Virus genome (UHGV): UHGV-1357920
Strand: one strand, 5' to 3'
DNA: 10,730 nucleotides
Source: a virus
Each line of letters opens with the position of its first letter. The stretch's first letter is position 1. Made by a program: the position numbers and the translations under genes. The notes beneath the pieces are model-generated. The model was given only the letters and a program-made list of their open reading frames with translations, was not told the origin of the DNA and made no database searches. This document shows, piece after piece, positions 5,742-10,730 of this stretch.

Positions 5742-6446
5742 TCACGAACTTTTCAGCCATTCCCTTGCCTCGATGTCATCCAGATGGCGAGACTGCTTCA
5801 GAATACCAGCAACATACTCCACCTTTGCTACTTGATGATAAGGCAACGTTATTGGCCTGTGGTCCTGGTTGATGCTTGTAAATTGGTATTCTCCATCTCT
5901 GTCATAGCCAAGAACCTTAATCATGTTGTGTCCTTCAACGGTTCTGACAAACACCTCATCACCCGGGAATACTTTGGTGTTAGGCTCAATGAGTACATAT
6001 TCTCCTGATTTTATTCTGGGCCACATGCTGTCTCCTTTCACACGAAGACCAAAGGCATCTGGATCATCGCTATAAATTTTGAGCCACCCATCGCGCTCTT
6101 CGGTCATCTCGATGGCACCATCAACACCAAGAATTGCCTCACCAACCACGCGCACTAACCCTTTTCTTACCTGACCGACAAAAGTTAAAGAATCTGAGCA
6201 TGATGCAATTGGTGTTACATCATGTACCAAATCAAGCCACCCATTAGGTAACCCAAGCGCGGCTTCAAATTTTCTTGCTAGTTTATCCCCTATGTTTCGA
6301 GTGCTTTTTTCACCGGAGACTTGCGTGAGTTGAGAAGGGCTAACCCCAAGCTTATCGGCAAAGCTTGCATTAGTGTTACCCGCGATTTTTTTATGCTCAT
6401 CTAGCAAAAACGCCAGATTCGATTTGCGAATATCTTTGTTTTCCAT
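5742..6446 (-). CDS. cI: CI-type prophage repressor (N-terminal HTH plus C-terminal S24/LexA-like autocleavage domain), 234 aa
   Basis: The N-terminus has an XRE-type HTH (...ASFADKLGVSPSQLTQVSG...). The C-terminal domain carries the S24 peptidase signature GDSMWP (Ser nucleophile) and a downstream Lys (MIKVL). It is divergent from the cro-like gene across an operator-rich 113-bp spacer. Confidence 0.85.
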   Translation of the reverse strand: MENKDIRKSNLAFLLDEHKKIAGNTNASFADKLGVSPSQLTQVSGEKSTRNIGDKLARKFEAALGLPNGWLDLVHDVTPIASCSDSLTFVGQVRKGLVRVVGEAILGVDGAIEMTEERDGWLKIYSDDPDAFGLRVKGDSMWPRIKSGEYVLIEPNTKVFPGDEVFVRTVEGHNMIKVLGYDRDGEYQFTSINQDHRPITLPYHQVAKVEYVAGILKQSRHLDDIEAREWLKSS

Positions 6447-6464
6447 CTCACAATTTTCCCTCTA

Positions 6465-6532
6465 TTTAGCAAATGGATAAATACGCAATATGATAAATTT
6501 ACATTGCGGTTGATTTATCAAAATGGTAAAGT
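6465..6532 (+). promoter_or_regulatory. OR operators and PR promoter (PRM presumably in the same region, not mapped)
   Basis: Palindromic sites TTTAGCaaatgGATAAA (6465-6481) and TTTATCaaaatGGTAAA (6515-6531), with a further GATAAA half-site at 6492-6497. PR candidate: -35 TTGCGG (6504-6509), 17-nt spacer, -10 TAAAGT (6527-6532), followed by SD GGAGG (6550-6554) and the cro ATG at 6560. Confidence 0.5.
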
Positions 6533-6559
6533 TGTTCTGTGTGATAAACGGAGGCACTA

Positions 6560-6793
6560 ATGAGTAATGAACTACTACGCTGGCGAAAAGAGGCTTCTAG
6601 TGAGGAATGGAAGCGACTCGCCGCATTAGCGAAAACTTCAGTTGGCTATCTTGACCAGATTGCATATGGATTTCGAAGAGCTTCCCCTGATAAAGCGAAT
6701 GCAATCGAAGAAGCTACTCGTAATTTCACGGGTTATAAACCTGTGAAAAAGGAAAACCTGGTGTTCGTATCGCGTAGAGCATCGGCTGCATAA
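6560..6793 (+). CDS. cro: Cro-like early repressor (small HTH protein), 77 aa
   Basis: First gene of the rightward operon, divergent from cI, with strong SD GGAGG at 5-nt spacing. It contains a probable HTH (LAALAKTSVGYLDQIAYG). It is not lambda Cro by sequence; the call rests on position and size. Confidence 0.6.
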   Translation: MSNELLRWRKEASSEEWKRLAALAKTSVGYLDQIAYGFRRASPDKANAIEEATRNFTGYKPVKKENLVFVSRRASAA

Positions 6794-6831
6794 GTAACAC
6801 CGCTATTTTCACAATGGACATTCGTCCTACG

Positions 6832-6846
6832 TCGCTGACAAAGCGA
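6832..6846 (+). promoter_or_regulatory. nutR boxB-like hairpin (UCGCUGACAAAGCGA)
   Basis: TCGCTGACAAAGCGA has the same loop (UGACAAA) and a near-identical stem to the nutL boxB, and lies between cro and cII where nutR is expected. A weak boxA-like CGCTATTTT sits at 6801-6809, but the 22-nt spacing is atypical. Confidence 0.55.
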
Positions 6847-6931
6847 GTCCCAATATATCTGACCAACTAAGGCCATATGCGTTTCCACGCATACCTTTCA
6901 ACTAACTATTCACTATTGGAAATCTTAAGAA

Positions 6932-7231
6932 ATGGAACAAACAAGTTACAGCAAACTATCACAGCGTGACGTTGATCGCGCAGAAACAGATTTACTCATC
7001 AACCTGTCAACTATTACCCAGCGCGGTCTGGCAAAGATGATTGGCTGTCATGAATCGAAGATAAGCAGAACGGACTGGCGGTTTATTGCTTCGGTCCTGT
7101 GTGCTTTCGGAATGGCATCAGACATCAGTCCGATTAGCAGGGCTTTTAAGTATGCGCTTGATGAAATCACCAATAAAAAACGCCCGGTGTGCAAGACCGA
7201 GCGTTCTGATCAAATACAAATGGAATTTTAA
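6932..7231 (+). CDS. cII: CII transcriptional activator, 99 aa
   Basis: The C-terminus ...ITNKKRPVCKTERSDQIQMEF matches the lambda CII C-terminus (...LTNKKRPAATERSEQIQMEF) as I recall it. Central HTH region present; located downstream of cro and nutR. Confidence 0.85.
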   Translation: MEQTSYSKLSQRDVDRAETDLLINLSTITQRGLAKMIGCHESKISRTDWRFIASVLCAFGMASDISPISRAFKYALDEITNKKRPVCKTERSDQIQMEF

Positions 7232-7253
7232 TAACATCCAACGAGGTAATTAT

Positions 7254-7397
7254 ATGCGAAAAACGCAGGAAAATAAACGCGTTAATCACCGAAAAGATGT
7301 GCTACGTGACCAGTTTTATCAGGGGGTTAATCCAGCAATAGCTGTGCCACTGAGAGAAATACTTAACAGGTACAAAACTTCGGAGAAGTCAAAATGA
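7254..7397 (+). CDS. Small basic hypothetical protein, 47 aa (internal start of track ORF 7086..7397)
   Basis: ATG at 7254 is preceded by SD GAGG (7243-7246); its stop overlaps the start of the O-like gene (ATGA at 7394-7397), suggesting translational coupling. Sequence MRKTQENKRVNHRKDVLRDQFYQGVNPAIAVPLREILNRYKTSEKSK. Could be a spurious ORF. Confidence 0.4.
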   Translation: MRKTQENKRVNHRKDVLRDQFYQGVNPAIAVPLREILNRYKTSEKSK

Positions 7398-8191
7398 GCA
7401 TGAATCTTATGGCTAAGGCCATGAATATAAAGGTTGGCAACCCACTGAGAAAACTGGTTCTGATTAAACTTGCCGATAACGCCAATGATAATGGCGAATG
7501 CTGGCCTTCATATCAACATGTCGCTGACCAGTGTGAGGTGAGCAGATCGACAGTAAAAAGTCACATTAGGGCACTGGAAGAGATGGGGCTTTTGAAAAGG
7601 GAATTCAGAAGAAAAGGAGAGCTTAACCAGTCAAACGTTTTTTATCTGACGCTGGATAATGCACAACAAATCCAACCAGAATCAGGTGGGGCAGGAGCTG
7701 CCCGGGGTGGGGCAGGAGCTGCCCGGGGTGGGGCAGGAGCTGCCCTAGGGGGTGGGGCAGGAGCTGCCCCCAGAACCTATCACTCTTTTGAACCAGTCAA
7801 TGAACCTAAAAACATTATGTTCGAACATGTCCGAACGGAGTGTGAAAAAACTCCTGACCGTCACGAAGAAACCGACAAGGCATTCGAGGAAATATTCTGG
7901 TGTGCAGGCATGCGGAAAGCCGGGAAGAAAAACGCAGCTTCGGCATTCAGAACACAGTTCAGGGAATGGCGTAAAACTACCAGGGGTACGGCAAGCGAGT
8001 TTGCCACGATGCTGGCAGAAGACATCGCATGCAGGAGTGGTAAGCAGTTCGGATTCGACAGGTTGTTACCATCGAGCTACCTGAACGGTCAACGCTGGAA
8101 CGACGAGAAGCCAGAAACTATTCAACCGCAACCCAAACCATCATCCGCAATCACCGTATCGAAAACTGGCTACGTGTTTTTCGACAGGTGA
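7394..8191 (+). CDS. Replication initiator (lambda O-like role) with N-terminal winged-HTH and an iteron-encoded Gly/Ala-rich linker, 265 aa
   Basis: The N-terminal HTH region (CWPSYQHVADQCEVSRSTVKSHIRALEEMGLLKRE) is typical of phage replication-initiation proteins. The central peptide repeat GGAGAAR is encoded by four tandem DNA iterons. The gene sits after cII, where lambda O and P22 gene 18 lie. Confidence 0.7.
   Translation: MSMNLMAKAMNIKVGNPLRKLVLIKLADNANDNGECWPSYQHVADQCEVSRSTVKSHIRALEEMGLLKREFRRKGELNQSNVFYLTLDNAQQIQPESGGAGAARGGAGAARGGAGAALGGGAGAAPRTYHSFEPVNEPKNIMFEHVRTECEKTPDRHEETDKAFEEIFWCAGMRKAGKKNAASAFRTQFREWRKTTRGTASEFATMLAEDIACRSGKQFGFDRLLPSSYLNGQRWNDEKPETIQPQPKPSSAITVSKTGYVFFDR
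7686..7769. repeat. Four tandem iterons (GTGGGGCAGGAGCTGCCC; period 21, 21, 24 bp), putative phage origin inside the initiator gene
   Basis: Directly visible copies at 7686-7703, 7707-7724, 7728-7745 and 7752-7769, followed by a relatively AT-rich stretch (about 7775-7835). This is the same architecture as lambda ori inside O. Confidence 0.7.
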
Positions 8192-8301
8192 ACCATGAGA
8201 TCCAGAATCAAATCGTTACTTATCGCTGGCTATAACCATGGCTGGCTTAGTTCTGCATTCGTTGAGTTCTGGTTTAACCGTCTCGATCTGAGGTCAGCGT
8301 A

Positions 8302-10182
8302 ATGACTCCAAGTGAACTGAGCGACCTGCTTTGGGCGCAGGTTGACAGGGTGGCTCCGCACCTGTTGCCAAACGGCAAGAAAGAGGGGCATGAGTGGGTT
8401 GCCGGTAATGTCAACGGTGACAAGGGAAACAGCCTTAAGGTCAACCTTAGCGGCAAGAAAAAATGGGCTGATTTCGCCGAGGGAGACGGCGGTGACATGC
8501 TTGATTTGTGGATGGCATGTCGTGGAATTAACCTGCATCAGGCTATGCAGGAAGCGAAAGCATTTCTCGGTATCAAGGATGACGATCACCATTTCGATGC
8601 CAGACGTGAGAAAAAATTCTCCAGACCTGATCGCAAGAAAATCGCCCGCTACGTTACCAGAACAGAATCCCATCTTGAGTACCTGCAATCGCGTGGCATA
8701 TCGCCAGAAATCGTAAAGCGCTACGAGGTTGTCAGCGGCAAGGTGTGGAATGGAGAGCGGGAACTGGATGCTCTGGTGATTCCGTACAAACGCGATGGTG
8801 AGTTGTTGCAGGTCAAGCGAATCAGCACTGAGCGCCCGGACGGGAAGAAAGTCATTATGGCAGAAGGTGATTGCGAACCTTGCCTGTTCGGATGGCAGGC
8901 TCTGGACGCTGGCGTGAGGGCGGTTGTACTTTGCGAAGGCGAAATTGATTGTATGAGCTATGCGCAATACGGCATCTCGGCGTTATCCGTACCGTTTGGT
9001 GGAGGGAAAGGCGCTAAGCAACAGTGGATTGAGTTTGAGTATCACAACCTCGACAGGTTTGAGGAAATATTCATCTCGATGGACGTTGATGATGTTGGTC
9101 GTGAAGCCGCAAGGGAAATCGCAAGCCGACTCGGTGAACATCGTTGCCGTCTTGTTACTCTGCCGTGCAAAGACATCAACGAATGCCTGATGAACGGTGT
9201 TACCGAGGATGAAATCTGGCAGTACATCGGCACGGCATCCTACTTCGATCCTGAAGAACTCTACAGCGCGCGAGAGTTTTACCAGGACACTATCAACGCT
9301 TTCTACGGCAAGCAGCAGTATCTGTTTAATCCACCGTGGGAATCTCTGGCAGATAAATTCCAGTTCCGTGAGGCAGAGTTGACGCTGGTCAATGGTGTGA
9401 ACGGTCACGGAAAAACGGAGGTTGTCGGGCATATGGCACTTGAGGCAATGCGTCAGGGTGTGAAGACGTGCATCGCGTCACTTGAGCTGAAGCCTGGTAT
9501 TCTCCTTAAGCGCCTTACCCGTCAGGCGACGTGCTGCAAGATGCCACCAGTGCTGGAAATTGACTCTGCATTTAAATTTTATGACGAAAGACTTTGGGTG
9601 TTTGGCCTGACCGGAACGGCGAAAGCCGACAGGCTGATCGAAATATTCGACTACGCTCGCCGCCGATACGGGATCCAGTTATTCATCATCGACAGCCTGA
9701 TGAAATGTGGCATAGGCGACGATGACTATAACGGGCAGAAGGCGTTTGTTGACTCGATTTGCGACTTCAAAAACAAAACAAACTCCCACGTCATTCTCGT
9801 TACTCACTCGCGAAAAGGAGACAGCGAAGAAAAACCAACCGGGAAAATGGACGTAAAAGGCTCTGGAGCGATAACAGACCTGACAGACAACCTTTTCATC
9901 ATCTGGCGTAACAAGGCTCGCGAGAGAGCGTTACAGAGAGTTCAGAGTGGTGAAAAGATGTCAGAGAAGGACGAACAGCTACTGGCATCTCCGGCATCTG
10001 TTTTGATGCTTGAAAAACAACGTAACGGCGAAGGTTGGGAAGGTGGTGTCCCGTTGTTCCTTGACGAGCAATCGCACCAGTTCCTGCAACTTGAATCAGG
10101 ATCGCCATATAGCTACATCGCCAATATGCCGAAATCGGAATATGACGAGGCGTGGCGACAGGAAAACGTGACGGAGTATTAA
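8302..10182 (+). CDS. Bifunctional primase-helicase (degenerate zinc-ribbon-like N-terminus, TOPRIM primase, DnaB/gp4-like RecA-fold helicase), 626 aa
   Basis: TOPRIM motifs (VVLCEGEIDCMSY with the conserved Glu; ISMDVDDVG with DxD). Helicase Walker A (NGVNGHGKTE) and Walker B (LFIIDSLMK). The N-terminal segment aligns by eye to the DnaG/gp4 zinc-binding domain but lacks the Cys/His ligands. Confidence 0.85.
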   Translation: MTPSELSDLLWAQVDRVAPHLLPNGKKEGHEWVAGNVNGDKGNSLKVNLSGKKKWADFAEGDGGDMLDLWMACRGINLHQAMQEAKAFLGIKDDDHHFDARREKKFSRPDRKKIARYVTRTESHLEYLQSRGISPEIVKRYEVVSGKVWNGERELDALVIPYKRDGELLQVKRISTERPDGKKVIMAEGDCEPCLFGWQALDAGVRAVVLCEGEIDCMSYAQYGISALSVPFGGGKGAKQQWIEFEYHNLDRFEEIFISMDVDDVGREAAREIASRLGEHRCRLVTLPCKDINECLMNGVTEDEIWQYIGTASYFDPEELYSAREFYQDTINAFYGKQQYLFNPPWESLADKFQFREAELTLVNGVNGHGKTEVVGHMALEAMRQGVKTCIASLELKPGILLKRLTRQATCCKMPPVLEIDSAFKFYDERLWVFGLTGTAKADRLIEIFDYARRRYGIQLFIIDSLMKCGIGDDDYNGQKAFVDSICDFKNKTNSHVILVTHSRKGDSEEKPTGKMDVKGSGAITDLTDNLFIIWRNKARERALQRVQSGEKMSEKDEQLLASPASVLMLEKQRNGEGWEGGVPLFLDEQSHQFLQLESGSPYSYIANMPKSEYDEAWRQENVTEY

Positions 10183-10211
10183 ATGACAATCTACATCACT
10201 GAGCTTGTAAC

Positions 10212-10243
10212 AGGCCTGCTGGTAATCGCAGGCCTTTTTATTT
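10212..10243 (+). terminator. Rho-independent terminator after the replication genes (tR2 equivalent)
   Basis: Perfect 8-bp stem AGGCCTGC (10212-10219) / GCAGGCCT (10228-10235) with an 8-nt loop, followed by TTTTTATTT (10236-10244). Confidence 0.75.
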
Positions 10244-10271
10244 GGGGGAGAGTAATTGGAGGCTTTAAGAA

Positions 10272-10487
10272 ATGAGTTCGATGACTGAGCTTGTCCGCGC
10301 CGACTTTCAGGAGAACATTGGTCGTGCAAAGCGGTACTGGTCTGCTTCCAGACTTCCGACTGGCGAGAGACAGAAAAACGCCCCTAAGCCACGGAGCTAT
10401 CCGCGTGACCGCGTTCTTCGCCGGTTGGTTAAAATCGATACTGATTTTCAGTGTGACAGAATTATCCGTATCCTGGATTTAAAGTGA
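10272..10487 (+). CDS. Hypothetical nin-region protein, 71 aa
   Basis: ATG at 10272 is preceded by GGAGG (10258-10262) at 9-nt spacing. Basic protein with no family recognised. The overlapping 63-aa ORF in another frame (10291..10482) lacks an SD. Confidence 0.4.
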   Translation: MSSMTELVRADFQENIGRAKRYWSASRLPTGERQKNAPKPRSYPRDRVLRRLVKIDTDFQCDRIIRILDLK

Positions 10488-10497
10488 AGGAGTGAGC

Positions 10498-10680
10498 ATG
10501 AGCGAGCAAATATTCAGAGAGATTAAGCCACGGTTTTATCGCAAGGTAAGGGTAGTTTATCAGGACGAAAACAAGACCTGTGCATACGCCATTCATAATG
10601 GTCGGTGGTCAGTGTTCGACACCAAAAACTTCGAGAAGAACTTCGAGAGGATTAAGGGTGATGAGGAAACTAACATTTGA
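10498..10680 (+). CDS. Hypothetical nin-region protein, 60 aa (the ORF track starts it at GTG 10492)
   Basis: ATG at 10498 is preceded by AAGGAG (10487-10492) at 5-nt spacing. Sequence MSEQIFREIKPRFYRKVRVVYQDENKTCAYAIHNGRWSVFDTKNFEKNFERIKGDEETNI. Confidence 0.45.
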   Translation: MSEQIFREIKPRFYRKVRVVYQDENKTCAYAIHNGRWSVFDTKNFEKNFERIKGDEETNI

Positions 10681-10730
10681 ACTAAGAAGCCCCATCCATC
10701 AGCAGAACGCCATTCAAGCTATCCAGCAAA
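10661..10730 (+). CDS. ninB: NinB (Orf-family recombination mediator), N-terminal fragment running off the right edge
   Basis: Hand translation from ATG 10661 gives MRKLTFELRSPIHQQNAIQAIQQ..., matching the lambda NinB N-terminus (MKKLTFEIRSPAHQQNAIHAVQQ...) as I recall it. It is not in the ORF track because it has no stop in the window. Confidence 0.7.
   Translation, partial: MRKLTFELRSPIHQQNAIQAIQQ

Noticed and set aside
6876-6893. Hairpin TATGCG-N6-CGCATA after nutR as an intrinsic tR1 terminator
   Set aside because: The stem is only 6 bp and is not followed by a U-tract. Lambda tR1 is rho-dependent, so absence of an intrinsic terminator here is expected; not annotated as a terminator.
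7686-7769. Possibility that the 21-bp tandem repeats are a CRISPR array
   Set aside because: The repeats are contiguous with no unique spacers of CRISPR length, lie inside a coding frame and translate to a peptide repeat. They are iterons, not CRISPR.
7752-8084. 110-aa alternative-frame ORF inside the O-like gene
   Set aside because: It begins inside the GC-rich iteron array and overlaps the initiator reading frame; it is an open frame produced by repeat composition.
8230-8967. 245-aa minus-strand ORF overlapping the junction between the O-like gene and the primase-helicase
   Set aside because: It is antisense to the 5' part of the primase-helicase gene, which has clear TOPRIM and helicase motifs and a proper SD, and it contains no recognisable motifs itself. 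Treated as a shadow ORF, although an antisense gene cannot be strictly excluded without expression data.
10291-10482. 63-aa ORF in an alternative frame to the 71-aa nin-region ORF
   Set aside because: It has no SD, whereas the overlapping frame starting at 10272 has GGAGG at appropriate spacing. Only one of the two is likely real, and neither is certain.

Overview
This window reads as the early region of a lambdoid (lambda / P22 / HK620-like) prophage from an enterobacterial genome. All identifications are from reading the sequence and from remembered lambda/P22 protein sequences; no database search or computation was run. Leftward (minus-strand) genes, right to left: CI repressor, an unknown 341-aa membrane protein in the slot lambda uses for rexAB, a terminator, OL/pL, nutL boxB, N antiterminator, two AT-rich genes of unknown function, cIII, kil, a small ORF, a Sak4-like ATPase, a DUF669/SSB-like partner, and a partial ORF at the left edge. 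A SieB-like membrane protein is encoded on the plus strand, convergent with N. Rightward genes: cro-like, nutR, cII, a small basic ORF, an O-like initiator with four in-gene iterons, a 626-aa primase-helicase, a tR2-like terminator, two small nin-region ORFs and the start of ninB. The best candidates for undescribed function are the 341-aa protein downstream of cI (4636-5661) and the AT-rich pair at 2204-3033; both are positional inferences and I cannot assign either to a family.
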